Below are positions 48,529-59,990 of a stretch of DNA of 64,000 bases, piece by piece. The translations under genes and the position numbers were made by a program. The first letter of the stretch is position 1, and each line of letters opens with the position of its first letter. This stretch comes from a phage: the sequence record PZ452594.1, one strand, 5' to 3'. Under the pieces are notes generated by a model that saw only the letters and a list, made by a program, of their open reading frames with translations, was not told where the DNA came from and ran no database searches.

Positions 48529-49353
48529 TTAGATATTTGACCAGACTTTGTTTGCAGAGAAACGTTTTCCTTTTGAAACGAACTGCTGAAGTGGCATCAA
48601 CACAACGTTCGCCCAGTCTTTCGGGGCGATTTCAACAAGGCTACCCATAATATTACCGGGTATATATGCCTTGATCATTTGGTCTGCACCCCTAAATCCT
48701 TTCACTTGACTCCAATCAATTTTTAATTTCGTTTTATTAGTAATAGTAGGTGTATTTGAATATTGCTTTAAAAGCTCTTCTAGAAATTGCTGACGAGCTT
48801 TAGGTGGAATATAGTGCAAGTTTAATCCGTACATTAAATTATGCTTACCTAAACCAAGGTAAATTATCAAAGGAAATTTATCCCAGTAAGGAAGAGTTTC
48901 CTTGTGTTTAGCATCATAAGCAAAAGCATATATTCGTCCCGGCTGCGGGCGAACAACTTTATGTCCTTTTACTTGCTTAATAGTTTCAGCAAACCATTTT
49001 CTGGTTTTATTATTAATTGCTGCACCTTCATTACGAATTTTATCACGCAATGTTTGTCTGAATGAATTTATCATAAGCAGTTGTCTTTCTTGCTTATTGA
49101 GTTTATTCATTGGTTTTGATTCAAGCTTTTGAATCTTTTCAGCCGTTTTAATTCCCGAAGCATATTTTGACATTGCCGAAGTAAACGTAGAGTATTTGAT
49201 TCCTCTTTCTTCAGCAAATTGTTTTCCTGTCATTCCTTTTGCTTTGGCCTTTTTATATTCAAGACCTATTTGAATCCATTTCTTTTCGTTTAATGATTGC
49301 TTAACCTTTGGAACTTGGGGAGTGCTTTCATTAATTATTTGAAAAATAGCCAT
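48529..49353 (-). CDS. 2: DNA end-protector gp2 (274 aa)
   Basis: size and position match T4 gp2. Confidence 0.8.
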   Translation of the reverse strand: MAIFQIINESTPQVPKVKQSLNEKKWIQIGLEYKKAKAKGMTGKQFAEERGIKYSTFTSAMSKYASGIKTAEKIQKLESKPMNKLNKQERQLLMINSFRQTLRDKIRNEGAAINNKTRKWFAETIKQVKGHKVVRPQPGRIYAFAYDAKHKETLPYWDKFPLIIYLGLGKHNLMYGLNLHYIPPKARQQFLEELLKQYSNTPTITNKTKLKIDWSQVKGFRGADQMIKAYIPGNIMGSLVEIAPKDWANVVLMPLQQFVSKGKRFSANKVWSNI

Positions 49354-49805
49354 TATGCCCCCTTAAAGCCAAGAGCTCGTAATCCATCTTCTGTTAGAAT
49401 TCTAAATTTTATTCCACGCTTTTCAGCTAAAGCTTGCGCTGCTTTCCATTTGTCGGTATTAACGGAATATGTATAAATTTCATTCATAAATCTTTTCTTC
49501 GCTGCAGTTGTTAGATGTGCTGGTTTAACTGGTGGTTGTGTTTCTTTTTTAGGTTTTATTTCAATAAAAAATTCTTGTCCAGAAGAATCTTTCATCCAAA
49601 TATCCATGAAGTATCTACGTTTTTTCCCTTCTGCATTACAAAAATAAGGAATTACTGCTGTTTCACTACCCCATGCAATAATTTCTGGATTTTTATCTAA
49701 CCATTCAAAAAAGAATTTTTCCCAATTTGATCTATACGTAATTTTTTTAGGGTCACCTCTATACTTTGATATATTTTTAGGAACCCATTTTCCAGAATAT
49801 GCCAT
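49353..49805 (-). CDS. 4: head completion protein gp4 (150 aa)
   Basis: size and position match T4 gp4; 1-nt overlap with gene 2. Confidence 0.8.
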   Translation of the reverse strand: MAYSGKWVPKNISKYRGDPKKITYRSNWEKFFFEWLDKNPEIIAWGSETAVIPYFCNAEGKKRRYFMDIWMKDSSGQEFFIEIKPKKETQPPVKPAHLTTAAKKRFMNEIYTYSVNTDKWKAAQALAEKRGIKFRILTEDGLRALGFKGA

Positions 49806-49816
49806 TGGATTCTCCT

Positions 49817-49824
49817 TATAAATA
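49817..49824 (+). promoter_or_regulatory. late promoter TATAAATA for gene 53
   Basis: exact TATAAATA about 29 nt upstream of ATG 49853. Confidence 0.6.
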
Positions 49825-49831
49825 GATAATA

Positions 49832-49839
49832 TATTTATA
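49832..49839 (-). promoter_or_regulatory. late promoter TATAAATA (minus) for genes 4-2-3
   Basis: plus tatttata, divergent from the gene 53 promoter. Confidence 0.55.
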
Positions 49840-49852
49840 AACAGGAGGGCCC

Positions 49853-50443
49853 ATGCTCTTTACATTTTTTGATCCGATTGAATATGCGGCCAAAACGGTG
49901 AATAAAAACGCGCCGACTATTCCTATGACAGATATTTTTAGAAACTATAAAGACTATTTTAAACGCGCTCTTGCGGGATACCGCTTACGTACTTATTATA
50001 TTAAAGGTTCACCACGCCCGGAAGAATTAGCAAATACTATATATGGAAATCCACAGTTGTATTGGGTTTTATTGATGTGTAATGATAATTATGACCCGTA
50101 TTATGGATGGATTACTTCGCAAGAAGCTGCTTATCAAGCATCTATACAAAAATACAAAAACGTAGGTGGAGACCAAATAGTATATCATGTAAATGAGAAC
50201 GGTGAAAAATTTTATAATTTAATATCATACGATGATAATCCATATGTTTGGTATGACAAAGGTGATAAAGCTAGAAAATATCCTCAATATGAAGGAGCAC
50301 TTGCTGCGGTCGATACGTATGAAGCTGCTGTTCTTGAAAATGAAAAACTTCGTCAAATAAAAATAATAGCAAAATCAGACATTAATTCATTTATGAACGA
50401 CCTTATACGTATAATGGAGAAATCTTATGGAAATGATAAGTAA
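49853..50443 (+). CDS. 53: baseplate wedge protein gp53 (196 aa)
   Basis: size and position match T4 gp53. Confidence 0.85.
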   Translation: MLFTFFDPIEYAAKTVNKNAPTIPMTDIFRNYKDYFKRALAGYRLRTYYIKGSPRPEELANTIYGNPQLYWVLLMCNDNYDPYYGWITSQEAAYQASIQKYKNVGGDQIVYHVNENGEKFYNLISYDDNPYVWYDKGDKARKYPQYEGALAAVDTYEAAVLENEKLRQIKIIAKSDINSFMNDLIRIMEKSYGNDK

Positions 50444-52154
50444 TAACCTTAATTGGTTTGTTGGTGTTGTTGAAGATAGAATGGACCCATTAAAATTAGG
50501 TCGTGTTCGTGTTCGTGTTGTTGGTCTGCATCCACCTCAAAGAGCACAAGGTGATGTAATGGGTATTCCAACTGAAAAATTACCATGGATGTCAGTTATT
50601 CAACCTATAACTTCTGCAGCAATGTCAGGAATTGGAGGTTCTGTTACTGGACCAGTAGAAGGAACTAGAGTTTATGGTCATTTTTTAGACAAATGGAAAA
50701 CTAACGGAATTGTCCTTGGCACGTATGGTGGAATAGTTCGCGAAAAACCGAATAGACTTGAAGGATTTTCTGATCCAACTGGACAATATCCTAGACGTTT
50801 AGGAAATGATACTAACGTACTAAACCAAGGCGGTGATGTAGGATATGATTCCTCTTCTAATGTTATTCAAGATAGTAACTTAGACACTGCAATAAATCCT
50901 GATGATAGACCACTATCAGAGATTCCAACTGATGATAATCCAAACATGTCAATGGCTGAAATGCTTCGCCGTGATGAAGGATTAAGACTAAAAGTTTATT
51001 GGGATACCGAAGGATATCCGACAATTGGTATTGGTCATCTTATCATGAAGCAGCCAGTTCGTGATATGGCTCAAATTAATAAAGTTTTATCAAAACAAGT
51101 TGGTCGTGAAATTACAGGAAATCCAGGTTCTATTACAATGGAAGAAGCGACGACTTTATTTGAGCGTGATTTGGCTGATATGCAACGTGATATTAAATCA
51201 CATTCTAAAGTAGGACCAGTCTGGCAAGCTGTCAACCGTTCTCGCCAAATGGCATTAGAAAATATGGCATTTCAGATGGGTGTTGGCGGTGTAGCTAAAT
51301 TTAACACAATGTTAACTGCTATGTTAGCAGGAGATTGGGAAAAAGCATATAAAGCCGGTCGTGATTCATTGTGGTATCAACAAACAAAAGGCCGTGCATC
51401 CCGTGTTACCATGATTATTCTTACGGGGAATTTGGAATCATATGGTGTTGAAGTGAAAACTCCAGCTAGGTCTTTATCGGCAATGGCTGCGACTGTAGCT
51501 AAATCTTCTGACCCTGCTGACCCTCCTATTCCGAATGATTCAAGAATTTTATTTAAAGAACCTGTTTCTTCATATAAAGGCGAATATCCTTATGTGCATA
51601 CAATGGAAACTGAAAGTGGACATATTCAGGAATTTGATGATACCCCTGGGCAAGAACGATATAGATTAGTTCATCCAACTGGAACTTATGAAGAAGTATC
51701 ACCGTCAGGGAGAAGAACAAGAAAAACTGTTGATAATTTGTATGATATAACCAACGCTGATGGTAATTTTTTGGTAGCCGGTGATAAAAAGACTAACGTC
51801 GGTGGATCAGAAATTTATTACAACATGGATAATCGTCTTCACCAAATAGATGGAAGCAATACAATATTTGTACGTGGCGATGAAACTAAGACGGTTGAAG
51901 GTAATGGAACTATCCTAGTCAAAGGTAATGTTACTATTGTAGTTGAAGGCAATGCTGACATTACAGTTAAAGGAGATGCTACCACTTTAGTTGAAGGTAA
52001 TCAAACTAATACAGTAAATGGAAATCTTTCTTGGAAAGTTGCTGGGACAGTTGATTGGGACGTTGGTGGTGATTGGACAGAAAAAATGGCATCTATGAGT
52101 TCTATTTCATCTGGTCAATACACAATTGACGGATCGAGGATTGACATTGGCTAA
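50427..52154 (+). CDS. 5: baseplate hub / cell-puncturing protein gp5 with lysozyme domain and C-terminal beta-helix (575 aa)
   Basis: internal lysozyme domain MLRRDEGLRLKVYWDTEGYPTIGIGHLI (paralogue of e); C-terminal VxGxxxxx octapeptide repeats. Confidence 0.9.
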   Translation: MEMISNNLNWFVGVVEDRMDPLKLGRVRVRVVGLHPPQRAQGDVMGIPTEKLPWMSVIQPITSAAMSGIGGSVTGPVEGTRVYGHFLDKWKTNGIVLGTYGGIVREKPNRLEGFSDPTGQYPRRLGNDTNVLNQGGDVGYDSSSNVIQDSNLDTAINPDDRPLSEIPTDDNPNMSMAEMLRRDEGLRLKVYWDTEGYPTIGIGHLIMKQPVRDMAQINKVLSKQVGREITGNPGSITMEEATTLFERDLADMQRDIKSHSKVGPVWQAVNRSRQMALENMAFQMGVGGVAKFNTMLTAMLAGDWEKAYKAGRDSLWYQQTKGRASRVTMIILTGNLESYGVEVKTPARSLSAMAATVAKSSDPADPPIPNDSRILFKEPVSSYKGEYPYVHTMETESGHIQEFDDTPGQERYRLVHPTGTYEEVSPSGRRTRKTVDNLYDITNADGNFLVAGDKKTNVGGSEIYYNMDNRLHQIDGSNTIFVRGDETKTVEGNGTILVKGNVTIVVEGNADITVKGDATTLVEGNQTNTVNGNLSWKVAGTVDWDVGGDWTEKMASMSSISSGQYTIDGSRIDIG

Positions 52155-52683
52155 TATACTTCCAATGAGCGCTGATTTAGGAGAATCCATGGAAGGTTCT
52201 TCTATCGACGTCACCTTTACCGCTCAATTAGAAACAGGTGAAACGTTAGTATCTATAAATATAACTAGTTACGAAGAAACTCCTGGGGTTTTAGTAGAAG
52301 AAAATCGCTTATATGGAACATATGAATCTGTGTTTGGATTTGGAAATGACGCGTTGAAATATCGTTTAGGTGATGAATTTAAAACTGCTGCTTCATGGGA
52401 AGAACTTCCTACTGATTCTGACACTCAGTTGTATTTGTGGAAAGCTCCTCAGAATCTCCAGAAGACATTCACTTACGAAGTAACATTAATATATGACTAC
52501 CAAGAACAAAGTGAATCTGGAGGTTCTGGCAGTAATTCTAGGTCATCTTCTGATACTACCGAACCAACGGATCCTCCTGCTCCAATAAGAAAAACTCTCG
52601 TTAAAAATTATACTAAAACTATAGTTGGAAATTGGAGTCGTTGGGCTAATAAACTGAGAAGCTACGTGTATGAGAGGCCATAA
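52126..52683 (+). CDS. hypothetical protein downstream of gene 5 (185 aa)
   Basis: ORF track; co-oriented with late genes. Confidence 0.5.
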
Positions 52684-52977
52684 ATGTCAGGATTAAGTTA
52701 TGATAAGTGTGTTACTGCTGGCCATGAAGCGTGGCCTCCAACAGTTGTGAATGCTACACAAAGTAAAGTATTCACTGGAGGAATTGCTGTTCTCGTAGCA
52801 GGCGATCCAATTACAGAACATACAGAAATTAAAAAGCCATATGAAACACATGGCGGAGTGACACAACCCAGAACTTCTAAGGTATATGTCACTGGAAAGA
52901 AAGCTGTTCAAATGGCTGATCCAATATCATGCGGTGATACTGTGGCTCAGGCATCATCTAAAGTATTCATTAAATAG
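52684..52977 (+). CDS. 5.4: PAAR-repeat spike-tip protein gp5.4 (97 aa)
   Basis: [22 protein letters not shown]...; size matches T4 gp5.4. Confidence 0.8.
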
Positions 52978-52985
52978 GATTTAAA

Positions 52986-54968
52986 ATGGCAAATACCCCT
53001 GTAAATTATCAATTAACAAGAACAGCAAATGCTATTCCCGAGATATTCGTCGGGGGTACGTTTGCTGAAATAAAACAAAACCTCATTGAATGGCTTAATG
53101 GCCAAAATGAATTTTTGGATTATGATTTTGAAGGCTCAAGATTAAACGTTCTGTGTGACCTTTTGGCTTATAATACATTATACATTCAGCAGTTTGGTAA
53201 TGCTGCTGTGTATGAAAGCTTTATGCGTACTGCTAACTTACGAAGTTCAGTTGTTCAAGCTGCACAAGATAACGGATATTTACCTACTTCAAAATCCGCT
53301 GCACAGACCGAAATTATGTTAACATGCACCGACGCATTGAATAGGAATTACATTACTATTCCTCGCGGAACTCGCTTTTTAGCATATGCAAAAGATACTT
53401 CTGTTAATCCATATAACTTCGTTTCTACCGAAGACGTTATTGCTATTCGTGATAAAAATAACCAATATTTTCCACGTTTAAAATTGGCCCAGGGACGTAT
53501 AGTAAGAACTGAAATCATTTATGATAAATTAACACCTATTATCATTTATGATAAAAATATTGATAGAAACCAGGTTAAATTATATGTTGATGGAGCGGAA
53601 TGGATTAACTGGACGAGAAAGTCAATGGTTCATGCTGGTTCAACATCAACGATTTACTATATGCGTGAAACTATTGATGGAAACACTGAATTCTATTTTG
53701 GCGAAGGTGAAATTTCTGTTAATGCTTCTGAAGGAGCTTTGACCGCTAATTATATCGGAGGTCTTAAACCTACCCAGAACTCTACGATTGTTATTGAGTA
53801 CATCAGTACTAACGGTGCAGATGCGAATGGTGCAGTCGGATTTTCATATGCAGATACATTAACAAATATAACTGTCATCAATATTAATGAAAATCCAAAC
53901 GACGACCCAGATTTTGTCGGAGCAGATGGCGGCGGTGATCCAGAAGATATTGAGCGTATTCGCGAATTGGGTACTATTAAACGCGAAACCCAGCAGCGCT
54001 GCGTAACTGCGACTGATTATGATACATTCGTTTCAGAGAGATTTGGTTCTATTATTCAAGCTGTTCAGACTTTCACTGATTCTACTAAACCTGGTTATGC
54101 ATTTATTGCTGCTAAACCTAAATCAGGATTGTATTTAACTACTGTGCAGCGTGAAGATATTAAAAATTATCTCAAAGATTATAATTTAGCACCTATTACA
54201 CCATCAATTATTTCTCCTAATTATCTTTTCATTAAGACTAATTTAAAAGTCACATATGCTTTAAATAAGCTGCAAGAATCTGAACAGTGGCTTGAAGGTC
54301 AAATAATTGATAAAATTGACCGCTATTATACTGAAGATGTAGAAATTTTTAACTCATCTTTCGCTAAGTCTAAGATGTTAACTTATGTAGATGATGCAGA
54401 TCATTCTATCATTGGTTCATCAGCGACTATTCAAATGGTTCGTGAAGTACAAAACTTCTATAAAACGCCTGAAGCTGGTATTAAATACAATAATCAAATA
54501 AAAGACCGTTCTATGGAATCTAATACGTTTTCATTTAATTCTGGACGAAAAGTTGTAAATCCTGATACTGGTTTAGAAGAAGATGTATTATACGATGTTC
54601 GTATAGTATCAACAGACCGAGATTCTAAAGGAATTGGTAAAGTTATTATCGGTCCATTTGCTTCTGGCGATGTTACAGAAAATGAAAATATTCAGCCATA
54701 CGCAGGAAATGATTTTAACAAATTAGCAAACTCCGCAGGACGTGACAAATACTATGTTATCGGTGAAATAAACTATCCAGCTGACACAATTTACTGGAAT
54801 ATCGCTAAAATTAATTTAACATCTGAAAAATTTGAAGTTCAGACTATTGAATTATATTCTGACCCAACAGATGATGTTATCTTTACTCGCGATGGTTCAC
54901 TGATTGTATTTGAAAATGACTTACGTCCACAATACTTAACTATCGATTTGGAGCCTATATCACAATGA
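52986..54968 (+). CDS. 6: baseplate wedge protein gp6 (660 aa)
   Basis: size and order match T4. Confidence 0.9.
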   Translation: MANTPVNYQLTRTANAIPEIFVGGTFAEIKQNLIEWLNGQNEFLDYDFEGSRLNVLCDLLAYNTLYIQQFGNAAVYESFMRTANLRSSVVQAAQDNGYLPTSKSAAQTEIMLTCTDALNRNYITIPRGTRFLAYAKDTSVNPYNFVSTEDVIAIRDKNNQYFPRLKLAQGRIVRTEIIYDKLTPIIIYDKNIDRNQVKLYVDGAEWINWTRKSMVHAGSTSTIYYMRETIDGNTEFYFGEGEISVNASEGALTANYIGGLKPTQNSTIVIEYISTNGADANGAVGFSYADTLTNITVININENPNDDPDFVGADGGGDPEDIERIRELGTIKRETQQRCVTATDYDTFVSERFGSIIQAVQTFTDSTKPGYAFIAAKPKSGLYLTTVQREDIKNYLKDYNLAPITPSIISPNYLFIKTNLKVTYALNKLQESEQWLEGQIIDKIDRYYTEDVEIFNSSFAKSKMLTYVDDADHSIIGSSATIQMVREVQNFYKTPEAGIKYNNQIKDRSMESNTFSFNSGRKVVNPDTGLEEDVLYDVRIVSTDRDSKGIGKVIIGPFASGDVTENENIQPYAGNDFNKLANSAGRDKYYVIGEINYPADTIYWNIAKINLTSEKFEVQTIELYSDPTDDVIFTRDGSLIVFENDLRPQYLTIDLEPISQ

Positions 54969-57900
54969 CAGTAAAAGCACCTTCAGTCACTAGTCTCAGA
55001 ATTTCCAAGTTATCCGCAAATCAGGTGCAAGTACGCTGGGATGACGTTGGTGCTAATTTCTACTATTTTGTAGAAATCGCTGAGACAAAAACAGACTCGG
55101 GGGAAAATCTCCCGAGTGATCAATATCGTTGGATTAATTTAGGGTATACAGCAAATAATAGTTTCTTTTTTGATGATGCTGATCCACTGACATCATATGT
55201 TATTAGAGTAGCTACGGCGGCTCAAGATTTTGAGCAGTCTGACTGGATTTATACCGAAGAGTTTGAAACTTTTGCTACGAATGCTTACACATTTCAAAAT
55301 ATGATTGAAATGCAATTAGCTAATAAATTCATTCAGGAAAAGTTCACTCTTAATAATTCTGATTATGTTAATTTTAATAATGACACCATAATGGCTGCAT
55401 TGATGAATGAATCATTTCAATTCAGCCCATCGTATGTTGATGTTTCATCAATAAGTAATTTTATTATTGGTGAAAATGAGTATCATGAAATACAAGGTTC
55501 TATTCAACAAGTATGCAAGGATATTAACCGAGTTTATTTGATGGAATCAGAAGGGATTCTATATCTTTTTGAGCGTTATCAACCTGTAGTTAAAGTATCC
55601 AATGATAAAGGACAAACTTGGAAAGCTGTAAAGCTCTTCAATGACCGCGTAGGATATCCTTTATCTAAGACTGTATATTACCAATCTGCAAACACAACAT
55701 ACGTTCTAGGATACGACAAGATTTTCTATGGCCGTAAATCGACTGACGTTAGATGGTCAGCAGATGATGTCAGATTCAGTTCACAGGATATAACATTTGC
55801 TAAATTAGGAGACCAACTTCATTTAGGATTCGATGTTGAAATCTTCGCTACTTATGCTACTTTACCAGCGAATGTATACCGTATAGCTGAGGCTATTACT
55901 TGCACGGATGATTATATCTATGTTGTTGCCAGAGATAAAGTTAGATACATAAAAACGAGTAATGCACCTATAGATTCTGATCCATTATCTCCAACATATT
56001 CGGAAAGACTTTTTGAACCTGACACAATGACTATAACCGGAAATCCTAAAGCAGTATGCTATAAAATGGATTCTGTTGGTGATAAAGTTTTTGCTCTTAT
56101 TATTGGTGAAGTTGAAACATTAAATGCTAATCCTAGAACATCAAAAATAATTGATTCCGCTGATAAAGGAATATATGTTTTAAATCATGACGAAAAAACA
56201 TGGAAAAGAGTTTTCGGTAATACCGAAGAAGAAAGAAGACGTATTCAACCCGGATATGCGAATATGTCAACTGATGGTAAATTAGTTTCTCTGTCTTCGA
56301 GTAATTTTAAATTTTTAAGTGATAACGTTGTTAATGACCCTGAAACTGCAGCAAAATATCAGTTAATTGGTGCTGTCAAATATGAATTTCCTCGTGAATG
56401 GTTAGCTGATAAGCATTATCATATGATGGCATTTATAGCGGATGAAAAATCTGATTGGGAGACTTTTACTCCTCAACCAATGAAATACTACGCAGAACCA
56501 TTCTTTAACTGGTCTAAAAAATCTAACACGCGTTGTTGGATAAACAACTCCGATAGAGCTGTAGTAGTTTATGCTGATTTAAAATACACTAAAGTTATAG
56601 AAAATATTCCGGAAACATCACCAGATAGATTAGTTCATGAATACTGGGATGATGGCGATTGTACTATAGTAATGCCAAATGTTAAATTCACTGGATTTAA
56701 AAAATATGCATCTGGGATGCTTTTCTACAAAGCCTCTGGCGAAATAATTTCTTATTATGATTTTAACTATCGTGTGAGAGATACAGTAGAAATTATTTGG
56801 AAGCCAACTGAAGTATTTTTAAAAGCATTTTTACAAAACCAAGAGCATGAGACTCCTTGGTCACCAGAAGAAGAGCGTGGATTAGCTGACCCTGATTTAA
56901 GACCATTGATTGGTACAATGATGCCTGATTCTTATTTGTTACAGGATTCGAATTTTGAAGCATTTTGCGAAGCATATATTCAGTATCTTTCCGATGGATA
57001 TGGAACTCAATACAATAATTTACGGAATCTTATTCGTAATCAGTATCCACGAGAAGAGCATGCATGGGAATATTTGTGGTCAGAGATATATAAAAGAAAC
57101 ATCTATTTAAATGCTGACAAACGTGATGCTGTTGCGAGATTCTTTGAATCACGTAGCTATGATTTTTATTCTACTAAAGGAATTGAAGCATCATACAAAT
57201 TTCTTTTTAAAGTTCTTTATAATGAAGAAGTTGAAATTGAAATTGAATCTGGGGCTGGTACTGAATATGATATAATCGTTCAATCTGATTCTTTGACTGA
57301 AGACTTAGTAGGACAAACGATTTATACGGCAACAGGAAGATGTAATGTTACTTATATAGAAAGAAGCTATTCTAATGGTAAATTGCAATGGACCGTAACT
57401 ATTCATAATCTTTTAGGACGATTAATTGCTGGTCAAGAAGTTAAAGCAGAAAGACTCCCTAGTTTTGAAGGAGAAATTATTCGTGGGGTTAAAGGAAAGG
57501 ATTTGCTTCAAAATAATATAGACTATATTAATAGAAGTCGATCATATTATGTAATGAAAATTAAATCCAATTTACCTTCTTCTCGTTGGAAATCTGACGT
57601 TATTCGTTTTGTTCACCCAGTAGGATTTGGATTTATAGCAATTACCCTTTTAACAATGTTTATTAATGTTGGTTTAACTCTTAAACACACAGAGACTATA
57701 ATTAATAAATACAAAAACTATAAATGGGATTCTGGATTGCCTACTGAATATGCTGATAGAGTAGCTAAATTGACTCCAACTGGTGAAATTGAGCATGATT
57801 CAGTAACAGGCGAAGCAATTTATGAGCCTGGCCCAATGGCTGGCGTAAAATATCCTCTTCCTGATGACTATAATGCTGAAAATAATAATTCAATATTTCA

Positions 57901-58063
57901 AGGTCAATTGCCGTCTGAACGACGTAAATTAATGAGTCCTTTATTTGATGCATCTGGAACAACATTTGCACAATTTAGAGATTTAGTTAATAAACGTCTA
58001 AAAGACAATATAGGAAATCCAAGAGACCCTGAAAATCCAACACAGGTTAAAATAGATGAATGA
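54965..58063 (+). CDS. 7: baseplate wedge protein gp7 (1032 aa)
   Basis: size and order match T4. Confidence 0.9.
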   Translation: MTVKAPSVTSLRISKLSANQVQVRWDDVGANFYYFVEIAETKTDSGENLPSDQYRWINLGYTANNSFFFDDADPLTSYVIRVATAAQDFEQSDWIYTEEFETFATNAYTFQNMIEMQLANKFIQEKFTLNNSDYVNFNNDTIMAALMNESFQFSPSYVDVSSISNFIIGENEYHEIQGSIQQVCKDINRVYLMESEGILYLFERYQPVVKVSNDKGQTWKAVKLFNDRVGYPLSKTVYYQSANTTYVLGYDKIFYGRKSTDVRWSADDVRFSSQDITFAKLGDQLHLGFDVEIFATYATLPANVYRIAEAITCTDDYIYVVARDKVRYIKTSNAPIDSDPLSPTYSERLFEPDTMTITGNPKAVCYKMDSVGDKVFALIIGEVETLNANPRTSKIIDSADKGIYVLNHDEKTWKRVFGNTEEERRRIQPGYANMSTDGKLVSLSSSNFKFLSDNVVNDPETAAKYQLIGAVKYEFPREWLADKHYHMMAFIADEKSDWETFTPQPMKYYAEPFFNWSKKSNTRCWINNSDRAVVVYADLKYTKVIENIPETSPDRLVHEYWDDGDCTIVMPNVKFTGFKKYASGMLFYKASGEIISYYDFNYRVRDTVEIIWKPTEVFLKAFLQNQEHETPWSPEEERGLADPDLRPLIGTMMPDSYLLQDSNFEAFCEAYIQYLSDGYGTQYNNLRNLIRNQYPREEHAWEYLWSEIYKRNIYLNADKRDAVARFFESRSYDFYSTKGIEASYKFLFKVLYNEEVEIEIESGAGTEYDIIVQSDSLTEDLVGQTIYTATGRCNVTYIERSYSNGKLQWTVTIHNLLGRLIAGQEVKAERLPSFEGEIIRGVKGKDLLQNNIDYINRSRSYYVMKIKSNLPSSRWKSDVIRFVHPVGFGFIAITLLTMFINVGLTLKHTETIINKYKNYKWDSGLPTEYADRVAKLTPTGEIEHDSVTGEAIYEPGPMAGVKYPLPDDYNAENNNSIFQGQLPSERRKLMSPLFDASGTTFAQFRDLVNKRLKDNIGNPRDPENPTQVKIDE

Positions 58064-59060
58064 TTCAAGTGTTATCTATCGTGCGATAGTTACTTCAAAA
58101 TTTAGAACAGAAAAAATGTTGAATTTTTATAATTCAATTGGAAGTGGTCCGGATAAAAACACTATCTTTATCACATTTGGAAGATCAGAACCGTGGTCAT
58201 CAAATGAAAATGAGGTGGGCTTTGCCCCACCTTATCCAACCGATTCTGTATTAGGCGTAACTGACATGTGGACGCATATGATGGGAACAGTAAAAGTTCT
58301 TCCATCAATGCTTGATGCTGTTATTCCTCGCAGAGATTGGGGAGATACTAGATATCCGGATCCATACACATTTAGAATTAATGATATTGTAGTGTGTAAC
58401 TCAGCTCCTTACAACGCTACTGAATCAGGCGCAGGCTGGTTAGTATATCGTTGTTTAGATGTTCCTGATACCGGAATGTGTTCAATCGCATCTTTAACTG
58501 ATAAGGATGAATGCCTTAAGTTAGGTGGAAAATGGACTCCTTCTGCTAGGTCAATGACTCCTCCTGAAGGTCGAGGAGATGCTGAAGGAACAATTGAACC
58601 TGGGGACGGATATGTTTGGGAATATCTATTTGAGATTCCGCCTGATGTATCTATAAATAGATGCACGAATGAATATATCGTGGTTCCTTGGCCTGAGGAA
58701 TTAAAAGAAAATCCGACTAGATGGGGATATGAAGATAATCTCACTTGGCAACAAGATGATTTTGGATTAATTTACCGTGTTAAGGCAAATACTATCCGTT
58801 TTAAAGCATATTTAGATTCAGTTTATTTTCCTGAAGCTGCATTGCCGGGAAATAAAGGATTTAGACAAATATCAATAATCACGAATCCTCTTGAAGCTAA
58901 AGCTCATCCAAATGACCCAAACGTTAAAGCTGAAAAGGATTATTATGATCCGGAAGATTTAATGAGGCATTCGGGCGAAATGATTTATATGGAAAATAGG
59001 CCACCTATTATTATGGCAATGGATCAGACAGAAGAAATCAATATTCTGTTTACATTTTAA
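58056..59060 (+). CDS. 8: baseplate wedge protein gp8 (334 aa)
   Basis: size and order match T4. Confidence 0.9.
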   Translation: MNDSSVIYRAIVTSKFRTEKMLNFYNSIGSGPDKNTIFITFGRSEPWSSNENEVGFAPPYPTDSVLGVTDMWTHMMGTVKVLPSMLDAVIPRRDWGDTRYPDPYTFRINDIVVCNSAPYNATESGAGWLVYRCLDVPDTGMCSIASLTDKDECLKLGGKWTPSARSMTPPEGRGDAEGTIEPGDGYVWEYLFEIPPDVSINRCTNEYIVVPWPEELKENPTRWGYEDNLTWQQDDFGLIYRVKANTIRFKAYLDSVYFPEAALPGNKGFRQISIITNPLEAKAHPNDPNVKAEKDYYDPEDLMRHSGEMIYMENRPPIIMAMDQTEEINILFTF

Positions 59061-59065
59061 ATTAA

Positions 59066-59088
59066 GGGAGCCCATGGGCTCCCTTTTT
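59066..59088 (+). terminator. intrinsic terminator after gene 8 (GGGAGCCCAUGGGCUCCC + U5)
   Basis: perfect 7-bp-plus stem and T-run on plus strand. Confidence 0.65.
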
Positions 59089-59091
59089 CTT

Positions 59092-59099
59092 TATAAATA
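59092..59099 (+). promoter_or_regulatory. late promoter TATAAATA for gene 9
   Basis: exact TATAAATA about 25 nt upstream of ATG 59124. Confidence 0.6.
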
Positions 59100-59123
59100 C
59101 TATAAACTCATAAGGAAACCGCT

Positions 59124-59990
59124 ATGTTCATTCAAGAACCAAAGAAATTGATTGATACCGGCGAAATTGGTAACGCTTCTACTGGTGATATCTTATTCGA
59201 CGGTGGTAATAAAATTAATAGTGATTTTAACGCAATTTATAATGCGTTTGGCGATCAGCGTAAAATGGCAGTAGCAAATGGCACTGGAGCAGATGGTCAA
59301 ATTATCCATGCTACTGGATATTATCAAAAACACTCTATTACAGAGTACGCAACTCCTGTAAAAGTTGGTACTAGGCATGATATTGATACCTCTACTGTAG
59401 GTGTTAAAGTTATCATTGAAAGAGGCGAACTCGGCGACTGCGTTGAATTTATTAACTCAAATGGATCAATATCAGTTACTAATCCTTTAACAATTCAAGC
59501 TATTGATTCAATTAAAGGTGTTTCAGGTAATTTAGTAGTAACTAGCCCATATAGTAAAGTAACTTTACGCTGTATTTCATCTGATAATTCTACATCGGTT
59601 TGGAATTATTCTATTGAAAGTATGTTTGGGCAAAAGGAATCACCAGCTGAAGGTACATGGAATATTTCTACGTCCGGATCAGTTGACATTCCATTATTTC
59701 ATCGCACTGAATACAATATGGCTAAATTGCTAGTTACGTGCCAATCGGTAGATGGAAGAAAAATTAAAACAGCAGAAATAAATATTCTTGTGGATACTGT
59801 TAATTCAGAGGTCATTTCTTCTGAATATGCTGTCATGCGAGTTGGGAATGAAACCGAAGAAGACGAAATCGCTAATATTGCATTTAGTATTAAAGAAAAC
59901 TATGTAACGGCGACTATAAGTTCTTCAACTGTCGGTATGAGAGCAGCAGTTAAAGTTATCGCTACGCAGAAAATCGGGGTGGCTCAATAA
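59124..59990 (+). CDS. 9: baseplate protein gp9, long-tail-fibre socket (288 aa)
   Basis: size and order match T4. Confidence 0.9.
   Translation: MFIQEPKKLIDTGEIGNASTGDILFDGGNKINSDFNAIYNAFGDQRKMAVANGTGADGQIIHATGYYQKHSITEYATPVKVGTRHDIDTSTVGVKVIIERGELGDCVEFINSNGSISVTNPLTIQAIDSIKGVSGNLVVTSPYSKVTLRCISSDNSTSVWNYSIESMFGQKESPAEGTWNISTSGSVDIPLFHRTEYNMAKLLVTCQSVDGRKIKTAEINILVDTVNSEVISSEYAVMRVGNETEEDEIANIAFSIKENYVTATISSSTVGMRAAVKVIATQKIGVAQ

Noticed and set aside
51840-52080. Short direct DNA repeats (gttgaaggtaat...) inside gene 5, considered as replication-origin iterons
   Set aside because: They correspond exactly to the VxGxxxxx octapeptide repeats of the gp5 C-terminal beta-helix, so the coding repeats explain them.
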